A DNA stretch of 64,000 nucleotides from NCBI GenBank assembly GCA_951406725.2, contig OX597816.1, positions 153,698,001 through 153,762,000 of the forward strand, in the 5' to 3' direction. Of the stretch, positions 1 to 13,769 are shown piece after piece (within the stretch, counting starts at the first letter, position 1; each line of letters begins with the position of its first letter). Position numbers and translations under genes: made by a program. This stretch comes from Octopus vulgaris. Lineage: Eukaryota. Under the pieces are notes generated by a model. That model was not told the DNA's origin. It searched no databases and saw only the letters and a program-made list of their open reading frames with translations.

Positions 1-246
1 AGAAAGAAAGAAAGAAAGAAAGAAAGAAAAGAAAGTTGGAAAGTAAAGGAAAGCGGAGAAAAGAAAAGCAGTGAAAACAGAAAAGTTGATAGAAGCACTG
101 AGAAATACAAAGATATAGAGATTATTGGGGAAAGCGAGGTGGGGGTTGATAGAAAAGAGAGGAGAGAAGAGGAGAAGGAGAAAAATAGATAGATAGGTAT
201 GAGATAGGTATCTAGGTAAGTATGTAGATACGTTGTTAAGAACAGG

Positions 247-247
<1 letters not shown>

Positions 248-340
<93 letters not shown>
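248..340. repeat. (GATA)n microsatellite
   Basis: Perfect tandem GATA run; similar runs at about 6505-6583 and 15403-15483. Confidence 0.95.
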
Positions 341-702
341 CCTGAAGTTTCAAAAAATAAATAAATAAACTACGGTGAAACATCGATGAGACTGATTTTG
401 GTGCGACGTGGGTGTAAAAAAGGTTTAAGTTTCATTTAAAAAATACGCACGAGAACGCACACCTGGACAATTGCTTATAAGACATACAGTCACTCACACA
501 AATACAGGACGCACAAATAAAACAATTTTGTTTATGTTGTCAATTGATCTGAAGGGTACATGAATATTCACGCAATTATATAAATACTCTATCAACTACT
601 TAGAAATACATAGACATTCAGATTCATATCGCTGGCCACATGCAGATAGGGATATGCAAGCAAACCTACTCTCACAATCGTATTCACACATACACACGAC
701 TT

Positions 703-859
<157 letters not shown>

Positions 860-1130
860 CAAACATACAGTGCGTGCGAGCAAATACACCTGCACACGCA
901 TAAATAACAATACGAATACGTACACAAACACACGATACAAGAAGCGTAAAGATCAGTCGACCATTACCTTTTATCAGCCAAGATATTAAGATGATTATGT
1001 ATCATATTTACTAATAATATACATATATTTGTGAGTACGTAGATTATGTATGTATGTATGTATGTATGTATGTATGTATGTATGTATGTATGTATGTATG
1101 TATGTATGTATGCATGTACATATGTATGTA

Positions 1131-1996
1131 CTAGGGTTGATCAATAAGTATCCGGACTGGTGCCATAGTAACGAAGCTAAATCAAGCAGAGTAAAGCCGC
1201 TTGGCACAGATTGATCTTGAACTCTGCAGTGCATACGCACTAAGTTTTAACGTTCTAGCTCACCTCCGCTGTTTACAGAACTGTTTGGAAGGAGGATGTG
1301 TAGCGTGTGATCGTCGCATTGACCCCGACAGAGAAAGTTGTCATGGCGATACCTGCTCAGAGGCCTGCGCAAAGTTGCAGGAAGTGTATGGAGTGAAGTG
1401 CATGAGCCGCACACAAGTGTACGAGTGATACAGACATTTCCAAGATGGTGGAAAAAATGTCGATACTATCGAACGTTTTCGGAGACCCGCAACCAGCAGA
1501 ACTGAGAAAAGCATCGCAGATGTGTGAGTAGCTGTGAGGGGAAATCGTCGAATCACCATCCGTGAGATATCAGAGGATGTGCAGATTAGTTACGGTTCAG
1601 TCCATTATCACTGAAGATTTAGGTATGAGACTTGTATCTGCCAAAACTGCTTTCAGCTAACCAAAAAGACACTCGGGTTTCAGTTGTACAAGATCTCTTT
1701 GATTGTATCGAGAACGATGAAAACATTTTGAAAACTTTGCATAGGCCTCTGAGCAGGTATCGCCAAGCTTTTGGCAAAATTTGATGCAGATTCTCTGCTC
1801 AACTTTCTCTGTCATGATCAACGCGACGACCACACGCTATACACGTTCCTTCGAAGCACTGCTGTAAACAGCGAAAGTGAGCTAGAACGTCAAAACGCAG
1901 GAGAATTCAAGCTCGATCTGTGTCAAGGGGCTTTACTCTGCGTGCTTTAGCTTCGTTACAATGACAATGGTCCGGATACTTATTGACCATCCCTCT
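1131..1996 (+). mobile_element. Non-autonomous mariner-derived fold-back element, copy 1
   Basis: Follows TA. Terminal inverted sequences are ctagggttgatcaataagtatccggac and gtccggatacttattgaccatccctc, and the inversion extends about 240 bp inward. The interior encodes a decayed mariner N-terminal HTH region (GDTCSEACAKLQEVYGVKCMSRTQVYE) with no DDD catalytic domain. Confidence 0.85.
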
Positions 1997-2320
1997 GCGA
2001 TACATTTGATGAAACAATAGACCATCTCGTCTCGGGATGTCTTGTGCCGACACCAAACGAATACAAAAATCACCCACGATAGGGTAGGACAGAATTTACA
2101 TTGGAAAATATGCAAAGATTACAAAATCAGCACTCATGCTTACTGGTATGAACATCATCCGGAGTCAGTCGATGGAAGTAAAAATGTCACTATCTTCTGG
2201 GATTTTCAAGTCAACACGGACAGAACGATCCGGGTTAATCGATAAAGACAGAGAAGAAAATACTTGTACACAAACAGATGTAAGTGTTCCCACTGATGAA
2301 AATATATCTGTAAAGGTATA
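1997..2320 (+). mobile_element. Fragment of RLE-type (R4/Dong-like) LINE: zinc knuckle and endonuclease region
   Basis: ETIDHLVSGC...HDRVGQNLHWKIC...IFWDFQVNTDRTIRVNR aligns by eye with the C-terminal ORF at 5051-5737. Confidence 0.8.
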
Positions 2321-4053
2321 TGATCAACTCCTGATAGACAAAACTGTACTTAGAGACTGCAAGGGGAGGAAAATAACTTAACCATGTCATGGATCGACTA
2401 TCGTAAGGCGTACGATATGATACCACATTCTTGGATTATGGAATGTATGAACCTATTTGGTACTGCATCGAATGTTGAGCGATTGCTTGGAAAAAATATG
2501 GCGAATTGGAGGACGGACCTGACAGCATACGGAAGAAGTTTTGGGACAGTAGAAATCAGGAGCGGCATCTTCGAAGGGGATTGCCTGTCCCCAATGATCT
2601 TTGTCATGAGCTCGATACCACTAACACTGGTTCTGAGGAAAGCAAAAATTGGGTATGTATTTAAAAGCCGCCAACAAAAAGTCAGCCATTTGTTATTCAT
2701 GGATGACCTCAAACTTTATGGTAAAGATGCAGTTCCCCCATTGATAGGGTGTATACCTTCAGTGCTGATATCAGAATGGAGTTCGGACTGAGAAAGTGTG
2801 GTGTCTTAGTCTTGAAGAAAAGCAAAATCAAATGTATGGACGAACTAACGATACCGTCGAGGGATGTTATGAAGCAGGTAGAAGAGACGGGCTATAAGTA
2901 CTTGGGGATTTCGGAAATAGATAAATTGATGGAGAAAGAAATGACAGAAAAAATTAAGGTTGAATACTTGCGCAGACTGAGACTGATCTTTAAGTCAAAA
3001 TTAAACGGACGGAATAAGATTGAAGCTATCAATACCTGGGCGGTTTCGCTCCTTAGATATGGAGCAGGGGTAATCGCATGGACAGCAGAAGAACTAAACA
3101 GCTTAGACAGAAAGACAAGGAAATTGCTAACTAGATATGGGACACTCCACCCAAAAAGTGACACAGACAAACTGCATGTAACAAGAAAAAGAGGGGGAAG
3201 AGGACTTATTGGATGCGAACACAGCAGAAGAAAATAACATAATATGGTATGTAAAAAAGCCACTGAAGTAAGAAGGTCAGGCTTGTGTAGGATGGAAGAT
3301 TGCAAAGATGAAGCACTTTACAAGCCATTGAAAACGAATGACACTGAAAATAGGTGGGTAAAGAAAAGAATGGACAATTTCATAGGGATGTTGAAGATAA
3401 GACAGAGATAAAAAAGATGGCTGTGGATGACTAAAACTGGTTTAAAACCGGAAACGGAGGCTCTAATCTGTGCTGCCCAAGAGCAAGAGAAAGTGATAAG
3501 TGCAGAATTTGTGGACAAAATGGTGAAAGCGTGTGACATATTCCCAGTCAATGTACGCCACTAACCCAGAAAGAATATAAGAGACGTCACGACGATATAG
3601 CCGGGCTTGTCCATTGGACACTTTGCAACAAGTATGGACTTCACAGGACAAAAAATTGGTACGACCATAAACCCGAAGGCATCATCGAAAATGATAATGC
3701 AATGATCAGCCAAACGTAGTCTTAATTGAGAAAGAAAGCAAGCTGTGCTGGACCATAGATATAGCATGAGCAGCTGACAAAAATGTTTGCGATAGGGAAG
3801 AAAGAAAAATCGATAGATATGACAGGTTAGCTTGGGAGGTAGAGCAGTTATGGTCGATGAAAAAGGTGGTAGTTGTACCAATAATTGTCGCAGCCCTGGG
3901 AACAGTGAGTAAAAATTTTGAGAAAACAGCACTGCTTGGAACCGCTCGAATATTCCGGAAGGTGCTCGAAAAATAAGGGGTGTTACCTTAGTTCACTGGT
4001 AGTGAACAGCTAACACTGTAGTACATCTCCATTGTTAAAAGCTGTGCAAAGGC
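2321..4053 (+). mobile_element. 5'-truncated, decayed R4/Dong-like LINE (RT + RLE)
   Basis: RT motifs WIDYRKAYDMIPHSWI, SGIFEGDCLSP, HLLFMDDLKLYGK, YKYLG and RKRGGRGL, with frameshifts and stops. The 3' end runs directly into (AAT)n. Confidence 0.9.
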
Positions 4054-4296
<243 letters not shown>

Positions 4297-5916
4297 GTGC
4301 CAAGGCCACTTTCCAGAAAGGGAAAGTGAAGACCACAAATTCAGTCGTGTTAGATGTTGACATAGTCATAAGAGAGCTTGAGCAAGAACAGACATACAAA
4401 TATTTAGGGATAAATGAAGGCTCTGGTATTCAGCATGCAAGCATGAAAGAGAAAATCAGGAAGGAATGTTATAGGAGAGTTCGTGCAGTCCTGAAATCTG
4501 AACTAAATGCACGTAACAAGGTGTTAGCTATAAATTCCTTAGCAGTTCCAGTTGTTACTTATAGCTACAATGTGTTGAACTGGAATATGAGTGAAGTAAA
4601 GAATATAGATAGAAAAATACGCAAGCTGCTGAGTTGTAATAGGATGCACCACCCAAAGGCAGACGTAGATCGCCTTTACCTTCCCAGAGCCCAAGGAGGT
4701 CGAGGCCTGATCCAATTTAAACTAGCTTACAAAACAACCACAATTGGACTGGCCAAATATCTCGAAATATCGAATGACTGGATGCTAAAGCTCGTGGAAA
4801 ATCACGAGAGACGAAAGAAGCTTCATTCTATCATCAAGGAAAGCAAAAAATTTGCTATTGATCTCGTGCAGGATACCCAAACTGAACAACCCGAGGGAAG
4901 TACGGCAACTATTGTTGCAAAGAAGGTGAAAATGATGGCAATGAAAAAAGCGCACGAGCAATTGGCTGATAGGTGGGAGGAGACACCTCTGCACGGCAAA
5001 TACGTGACCCGCAGCAAACAAGCTGATGTTGACCAGAAGCAAACCCATCAGTGGCTGCGGAGCTCAGGGCTAAAAGCAGAGAGCGAAGGTTTCATCCTGG
5101 CTGCTCAAGACCAAAGCCTATTAACCCGGAACTACCAGGCCAATGTGATGAAAATGGAGCAGACCCAAAATGCCGATTCTGCAACGACATGATTGAAACA
5201 GTGGACCACCTAATCTCTGGATGTAAAGTCTTAGCACCAGTGGAGTATAAATTAAGACATGACAGAGTTGGCCAATATCTCCACTGGCTAATAAGTCGGC
5301 ATTACAATATCAAAACTGCCGACAAGTGGTATAATCACCACCCTGAGGCTGTAACTGAAGGAGAAAATGTAACCATTCTGTGGGACTTTCCAGTACATAC
5401 AGACCGAACCATCAAGGCCAATAAACCAGATATTGTTGTGAAAGACCAAAACAATAAAGTTTGCTTATTGATCGACATGAGCATCCCCTGTGATCATAAT
5501 ATCTCAGCGAAAGAGTTTGACAAGCTCAGAAAATATAAAGACCTACTCATTGAAATTGAGAAAATGTGGCATCTCAAGGCGGTTACAATACCAGTGATCG
5601 TAGGAGCACTAGGAATGATCAAGAAGGGAACCGAAAATTATATGAGAATGATCCCTGGCTTACCATCCCTGCAAGAAGTGCAAAAGATTGTCTTAACTGG
5701 TACATCACACGTATTGAGAAGAGCATTGTCGATGTGAGAACTGTTGCTGCTCATGTATTTTAATTTAACTTTAAAAAAAAAAAAAAAAAAAAAAAATGAA
5801 CGAACTACTGAGTTTGGTTTAATGGCCTACCAATATACACTGAGTTTCTTTGCCCTAGGAGTCGGGAAGACACTCGGCAAGAAATGGAAGAAAATTTGAA
5901 AGAAGAAAAAAAAAAG
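4297..5916 (+). mobile_element. 5'-truncated, little-decayed R4/Dong-like LINE
   Basis: RT C-terminus (YKYLGINE, PRAQGGRGL), CCHC knuckle (CRFC...HLISGC, RHD) and RLE core (NKPDIVV...LIDMSIP...KLRKY). One frameshift at about 5151, stop at 5737, and (TAA)n on both sides. Confidence 0.92.
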
Positions 5917-6503
5917 TAATAATAATAATAATAATAATTGCCACTGAACCATTTGATAACCAATAAATTATTATACTATGACGGAAGAGAAGTTGCCAGT
6001 GAAATGTTAAAAATGGTGGAATCTAAAGTATTTTTACTTAACGTACCGATATCATTTTCATCTAGATTTATTATTTATTACGGGCTTGGCGAGAGAGATT
6101 TATGGCTTTTAAAAGTAATATATGGTCCGCACAAAGTTTCTAGTTTATCATCTATTTTTAAGCTAAGAGCTACTTTTACTTTTTTTGCTTCTAAATTAAC
6201 AAATACGGTAAGTACCAGAATTGCTTTTTCATATAGGTATTAGTGATATAGTTGAAAAGGTGTCTATGTCATTTACGGATATTAGTTTCGCGTATATTTT
6301 TGGTCTTGTCTGATTCAAAGGGATTAAGTTTTTAATAAATATATATAAACTATACTTTATGTATTGAGTACATTTTCTTTCGTTAGATATACAAACGTTC
6401 ACCAATCCACATGTACTATTCTTATGTTTGGGGGTCTAAATGCATGTGTATTTACGTACCTTTGTATACATAAGCATGTGTGTGTGCGAGCATATATATA
6501 TAG

Positions 6504-6584
<81 letters not shown>

Positions 6585-6600
6585 TACGCATATAAAGGTT

Positions 6601-6650
<50 letters not shown>

Positions 6651-6659
6651 AATCTTATT

Positions 6660-7760
6660 GTAAGTGGAATATAAAGGGCAAAAATGTTGAGATCCCTATG
6701 ATTTCAAAGCCCAAAAGGTGTTTTACTTTATGCCTCTACTTTTAACCCAAGAAATATTAACATATTTAACTACATAAAAAACAACATACATATTCTGCTT
6801 GAAAATAAGAATGAGAAATCTTAGAAAATCAACTTATCAAAAGCAAAAAGCAACTGAAAACTTTGAAGAACATTCTAACTTCAGCCAAAGTTTTCAAACT
6901 AGTGCTCAACCCCAGGATTACTAAATCTGGTAGACAAAACTATGGTACGTGTTTGTACATAACTGAAGGTTCGGATTTCAAATTTAAAGATGGACAAGTC
7001 TTCAAAATGAATAAAATTTCACTTGCAAAAATCAAAATTTAATTTAGGTTTATCACTTCGCAGAAGATTGACAGTGCACAAACAACAAATAAATTATGAC
7101 AAAACTAGGAAAATCTCGTTAGCAAACATGTAGCAACTGCTGGAATGGAATCATCAAATCTTAAAATATTTCCATCTTACAACTGCTCGGACTCTACGGT
7201 GGAACAATAACGAATAAACAAATAAAGACAATTTATTATAAAATATAAACCCAGCTTGAATGGTTGACATACAATTTCCTTGACTTAAGGGTAATCCGGC
7301 TACATGGACATGCACAAGCATTTTCACATACTGTTTTGATATATACAATATATCCTTTACTTAAGTGCATGCATATGTGTGCGAATTAACATAGTTTGCA
7401 CGCGCGTGTGGATAAAGTAAGCACTTAATTACTTATGACCTGTCTGAAAACGAAGTCCAACTAACCACACCTTATGAAAGATGAGTAATTTACCTGTCTA
7501 CCTATCTATTTGATTATCTCAATTATATCTACCTATCAGTCTCACTAGGGTTGTTTTCGGTTTAAAAATCCTAACTTGTCACTTAAGTTCCCAACTCAAC
7601 ACTCCCTACTTTAATGCTTAAAAGCTATATCCTTTCATTCTTCGGCTTGTAACCTGATGCCCTACTACTCTGCTCTGAATGGATCAAACCGGTAATATAC
7701 TTAAATGAAATATTACACTTGTTTTTGTCTCTTCAATTTGTCGAAAAAAGATTACTATAA
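6660..7760 (+). mobile_element. Highly decayed Penelope-like element 3' fragment
   Basis: GRQNYGTCLYITEGSDFKFKDGQVF (about 6930-7005) parallels CGRPNCGTCPNLLEGLKFLFKPGERF of the element at 26236-27345. Confidence 0.55.
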
Positions 7761-7797
7761 TTCTCTTAATGTTATTGTACATTTTCATCAAATTTTA

Positions 7798-7831
<34 letters not shown>

Positions 7832-8394
7832 CATACATACATACATACATACATACATACATACATACATACATACATACTAATTATTCTAATATTTTCT
7901 TATTTTTATAAAACTATTTTTCAGTTTCTATCGACCCTACCCTTTTTCTCCATTCTGAAGGTGAATTAATATTTTAAGCTCCAATTCTAAAGAAAATGAT
8001 TTTCTTATGTTTTGTTTGCCATTCCCTAATATGGCAAATATGTCCCAAAAACATATTTAGCTCTTTATGACCAGAAAATGCTTCATCTCTCAGAAGTTGC
8101 TGACTCTCTACCTATCAAGTAAGATCAACAAATGAAAACTCTCTCTCTCTCTCAGTCCCGAGTACTCTCCGTAATTCAACTTTTGCACAGAACGGGGAAG
8201 AATCCCTTCTGCTAACTATCGCCACTTTCACCTAAATTTCAACAACAGTGACTTCCAGTTTGACTCAAAATACCTGTTGCTCATTAGTTTAAATTTACTT
8301 GTTGACGCTACCACCTTCCAAGCACAACTACTAGCGATTGTTCGACTATCTGTGCGCATACGCGCAGGTAGGTATGTTTGTGAAAGAGAGAGAG

Positions 8395-8434
<40 letters not shown>

Positions 8435-8498
8435 CCTGTGTCTGTATTCATGTGCGTGTGTGTACTTATGTGCGCGTGTATCTGTGTATGCGTATATG

Positions 8499-8529
<31 letters not shown>

Positions 8530-8544
8530 CTGTATATATAATAA

Positions 8545-8599
8545 TAATACTGTAATTGTTCCACGTGTTGTTGTTTTTTCTGTTTTCCCGTTTGGATTA

Positions 8600-8602
<3 letters not shown>
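8545..8602 (+). mobile_element. Short 3' terminus of a Penelope-like repeat inside (TA)n
   Basis: taatactgtaattgttccacgt...gtttggattaacc matches the end of the 22370-22574 element; both are followed by (TA)n. Confidence 0.6.
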
Positions 8603-8637
<35 letters not shown>

Positions 8638-8641
<4 letters not shown>

Positions 8642-9473
8642 CTGACATCTTTCTAAAGTCATTATATTTAGTGAATTCAATGCATGCCGTTCCTTTTAAC
8701 TCTCACATATCACCCACGCGACGCGGTTAGAGACAAAGACATCGTTGTTTTTTGGGGCTTTTTTTTTCTTCTGAAGTATCTGCACCTACTGGTAACCCTA
8801 ATCGAGATATTTCAAAACACTTTTGAGCAATTTCGAAAATTTTAACCAACACTCACAAACTCTATTGCCACTGTATTGTGTGACCATTGGCTAATCTCAA
8901 GGAAGTGGCCTAGAGAGACACTTGCACTGTACTGCAATGGTGAAAAGGTTAAACTCCCTGCAATCCCCCAACCTCCAGACCCATTGAAGAAACTGTTGCT
9001 ATCAACTGACCAAGATTCCAAGCACTTCCAAAACAAAATTAGGCAATACAATGCTGCACTACAGATGACATCTTTTGGAGCCACAAGAGATTTAACTGAG
9101 CCAGGATCCATACAAACTTTTAAGATCCAAGGTCACATTTATGATCAGATTGGCTCTCTACTACCTCTATCAAATGAATCACCAAAATCGGCCTTTCGTA
9201 GTTTATAATCTATACCTGTTTTTTGGTTACCAAATAAGCTACACAAAACGTGTTTTTGAATTACGTGTATTTACTTTACATACATATATGAGTTGAAAAC
9301 TTTCTTTTAACATTTCACTTAACGTCTAAGATCTATGCTGACATGGGTTGGAGAGTTATTAATGTAGAAAGTTGGCATCTCAGCTACTAGTAGTTGAGAC
9401 GTGCGTAATCTAGACGGCGTTTTTAAATTCCATTATTCTCTTTAATCCGAGCAATGCTGGGCATATCTGCTAG
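8638..9473 (+). mobile_element. Internally deleted Helitron
   Basis: ORF 8876-9208 (CNGEKVKL...IRQYNAALQMTSFG...FKIQGHIYDQIGSLLP) resembles the Helitron Rep/helicase N-terminal region. An imperfect GC-rich hairpin (9447-9461) is followed by CTAG at 9470-9473. Confidence 0.75.
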
Positions 9474-9540
9474 CATATATACATATGTAATGGGAAAATT
9501 ATACAAAATTTATAAATAGATGATGAGAAAGCTTTCATGC

Positions 9541-9576
<36 letters not shown>

Positions 9577-9870
9577 AAAGAAGTGCGCGTGCGTGGGGGT
9601 TGAGTGTGTGTGTATGTATGTATGTATGTATGTATGTATGTATGTATGTATGTATGTATGTGTGTGTACGTACGTTTTATGTATGTGTATGTGTATTTTT
9701 GTGTGTAACGATATGATATACACATGTATGAATGGATGTAGGTAACTTTGCAAACCCTTGGCCCTTTTGAACCACCCTTTTACCAGTCTCACTCGCAACA
9801 TAATATTTGTAAACAAACCAGAAGGTTTTATAAGTTACGGAGAAAAGCTACTCTGGAAGTCTATTAGTAC

Positions 9871-9919
<49 letters not shown>

Positions 9920-10158
9920 TACTCCGACTTAAGGCGATCTTTATATATAAACAATTGACTGAAAAATGATGAGCTAACCAAAGCTAGAATCGAAACCACA
10001 GATCAACGTCTATATGGCTCATTTCATATCCGATCTGACCAAACGCTCACCCATATATATATATACATTATATATATATTACATACTGTTGTGGCGGACG
10101 CCCCCAGGTGTGAGGTGGGCTGGTTCACTACTAATAAATAGTTGACTGACACAGTCAG

Positions 10159-11798
10159 TAACGTCAGTCAGTCCCGGAGGTATTTTAGGTGGGGTTTTTT
10201 AATCATTTTTGATCCCTGTGAGTTAAATTGTTATATACTTGTTAAAGGTCTCCCGTAAGGGTTAATTTACTTGTTGAATATCATTGTTAAACTGTTGAAT
10301 TGTTGTTGCTGTTTTTGTCTGTGAAATTACAATTGTTTTCTTCCCTATTCATGGGTGAAGTAGACAAGAAGCAGAGGATGGAGTGCAAATCAGTTCTAGC
10401 TAGCAGCTATGCTTCAGCCACTGGAAGAAGTTTGACAGCTGACGTGTTGTGGGTACGAGAGATGGGGCAGAGTAAGTTGAAGGAGTTCAACAGACTCATA
10501 GAGAAAGATGGAACCAGTTTGAGGTTGACACCGCCAGAAAATATAACAGCGAGCGTGACGAAGCGGACAGTGATGTACAGAACGCTGTCCACGACATCGA
10601 AAAAATAGAAATAGCCACAGTTAGAGGCTATAGAGAAATGCTTAAAGGAGGTAAAAATACTCACAACATTTTACACGAGAGGGAGGAAATTCGGCACAGT
10701 GGAGGTAAGGTTCGCTAGTGAACAAGAAGCAATAAACCACTCCACTGTGGCGCTAAGGACACCAGAGTGTGTACTTCTGCCGACTTACTGTGGCAAACGA
10801 ATGGCCAGGGTAAAGATTGGCAGAGTACCCCTGGAGATTGAGGAGGCGTGGCTGGTGGCCGCCATTTTGTATAATATGGAGGAGGACGTGAAGGTGTTGA
10901 AAGTGACGAGGATGAAAGAAGTAAACTGTTGGGGCTACGGCCTCGAAGTAGCCATCCAAGTCAGTTTACAAGACTTACATAAGATAGCGGAGGAGGTAAT
11001 ACTACCAGAGGACGTGAAATTGAGAAGTGTCCAGAGAAGGTGGCGGAGGAGTATACGGTGGTGAATAGGAAGAAGAAAAGGAAAGAAGACGAGAACTCAC
11101 CGCCAAAGAGTCCACTAAAGAAAAGAAAAGAGAATAAACAAGAAGCACAGCATGAGATACCAACTACATCAAAGAAAACCAACGCGGAAAAACAAGTGGT
11201 TCTACAGAAACAAACAAATAATAAAAAAAGAACCAAAACATAAATGGCATATGGTAACATATACGAAAAGTACAGAGATAGAGAAGAAAATCACAAAAAT
11301 GAAATCAGTAATAAGAGTGAAACTAACGACGGAATACTATCCAGAGAGCACCAAAGCAATTGTTATTGACGACGAGAGATGTGAAAAACTACGAGAACTG
11401 TTCGGAAAGAAGATATACCCAACGGGAGTACGCGTCGAGTTCGACGACTTGCAACCAGTAGTAGAGTACGACAACCTGTTGCCGTACATAAAATGGTAAA
11501 AATTTTAAAAAAATTTAAAATAAATAAAAAGTAAGTAAATATTTAAAAAAATTAAATGACTGTAAAAACAGATGCAAAAAGGGAAAGAAAGAGGAAAAAA
11601 TAACTGATTTATAAACGTTAAACGAAAAGCATTTAAATGGTACTGCCTGCGAGTGGAGAACAAGCAAGCCATTTCATCCTCATTGTTATTATCCATTCTT
11701 TATTCGTTCGTTCTGTGTTTCTTGTCCCCACTGTGGTGTTTTGTCTGTCCTTGTGCTGTCCCCTCTGTGTTATGAGCTGCGTGCCGAATAAGGGAAAT
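10159..11798 (+). mobile_element. L1/Tx1-like LINE derivative carrying only a disrupted ORF1
   Basis: ORF1-like frame from ATG 10351 (SYASATG...GRKFGTVEVRF...RVKIGRVPLEIEEAWLVAAIL, then a basic linker) to 11499, with stops and frameshifts. No EN or RT motifs are visible. A T-rich 3' region ends aataagggaaat, and the unit is flanked by direct acagtcag (10151-10158, 11799-11806). Confidence 0.55.
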
Positions 11799-12506
11799 AC
11801 AGTCAGCGAGGTACGCTGTTCGGGTCAGTCCCACAGAAACGACGAAATACATCATAAAGCGGGACTTAATATATATCATACTATATATGAATATATATGC
11901 AACGGTATGGCAATTAAATAACGAAATGTTCAGTGACAGAGAAATTATTCGACTCTAAACTGCAGAAACATGACAAAGATTATTACATCACGGACATTAT
12001 CAACGTGAATTGTAGAGAATAAATACTATTAAAAGATAACATGAAACCCAAGAGAAATAGAACGAGTCTGATTATAAAAAGAAAGAACATAAAATTAAGC
12101 ACGAAAAGAAAATGGAGCAAAAGTTGAAGGAGAAAGACTAAGATTTACTGAGACAGATAATATCTCACCATTTTATGCGGGTACTACAGATGTATTATAG
12201 TGTAAATCTCGTGACGTCATGAGGTAGTTACAGCATGTGAATGTACTTTGAATTACAGATTCCGTAAATGTGGCGAGCTTGCACGCAATTTCCGTCTACA
12301 CAACATAACTTACAATGCTTGAGGCGACAAGAAACTATAATAGAAGACACTTGTTCAAGATACCACAATAATGAGATTGAACACGATGCCTGACAATCGC
12401 GAAGTGAACTTCTTCAACATTCGGCCATACCTATGTCCAAACAATACTGGATACATCAGTGGATAGAACATACATACATACATACATACATACATACATA
12501 CATACA

Positions 12507-12541
<35 letters not shown>

Positions 12542-13713
12542 GAGTATATGGATGCTGGTTAGATGTGTGTGCTTGCGTCAAAATGTTTATACTTATCAAA
12601 ATACCTTGTTTTTGTATCTAGTTTGCAAGATTCATTATGTGAATTCGTGTGTTGAAACAAATTTTGTTGCGTCTGGGGAGGCTCATACTGCCTTAATATC
12701 TAAAACACTCACAGGTTCAATTTCCACTCATTTACTTTTATATTATATATATATTTTTTTTAGTGTCTTCCAAAAGTTTTCGTTGCTTTTGCAACATTGA
12801 CAAGGTTGCAAAAACAAAGACAAGTTTTGGAAGGCACAAAAAATAATAATGAGCGGAAATTGAACAGATGAGTGTGTTAGATATTAAGGCAATATGACTC
12901 TCCCTAGACACAACGAAGCTTATCAAAATAATCTTTCTCTTATTCTTTTATTCTTTGACATTTATTTACGAGTAACTATATATAGACCCATTAACTGTAA
13001 ATAAAAAATAAACTACGTCCATTTCATGTCATTCGAAACCGCGAAGCCTATAGGCAACCACCAAATAACGACATGCTGTATAATCGAACTAAGCGAAACT
13101 GAGTTTATTGAATGAGGTACCTTTTGAAAAGTCATCTGACAAGATACATCTACACCGAAGGATGCACTATATCTAGTTGTATAGTACTTCACCCGCGAAT
13201 ATTCAATGTTAGATGGGTCGAAACGATCGCTGTGATAAATAATCTCGTGAATTTCATTTTCTCTTTCCCTCATTTGTTATACATACACACAAACACAAGC
13301 GCGCGCGCACACACACATACACACACACATACACACAAGCGCGCGTGCACACACGCACACATACACACACACATACGCACACACACATACATGCTTATGA
13401 AGACGCACACACATACTTGGGCTCAAAGAAATTTTTCTCTGAAAAGCTTTTCTTGAAATTTCCTCTTAAGCAATGCCACAGTGCTTATGTTAAGCAATGG
13501 GTGTGGTCTATCGTCTGACATTTCAGTTTCCTCAGACTTTCAGCAGACAACAAGCAAGGAGAACAATCTGTTTAGTTGCTGTCGAGATATTATGAAACAC
13601 ACTAGTTGGTCATAGTCAATTTCTCCCACTGTCTTCGTTGCTTTTGCTCTCTCCCACACCATTCTCTCTCCCACTCCTTTCCTCCAATCTCCCTCCTCCT
13701 CTCTCTCTCTCTC

Positions 13714-13749
<36 letters not shown>

Positions 13750-13769
13750 TACACACACACATATACATA

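Noticed and set aside
7645-7695. Hammerhead-like ctgatgc...caaaccggt at the end of the decayed PLE
   Set aside because: The core is too degenerate and no stem II can be drawn.
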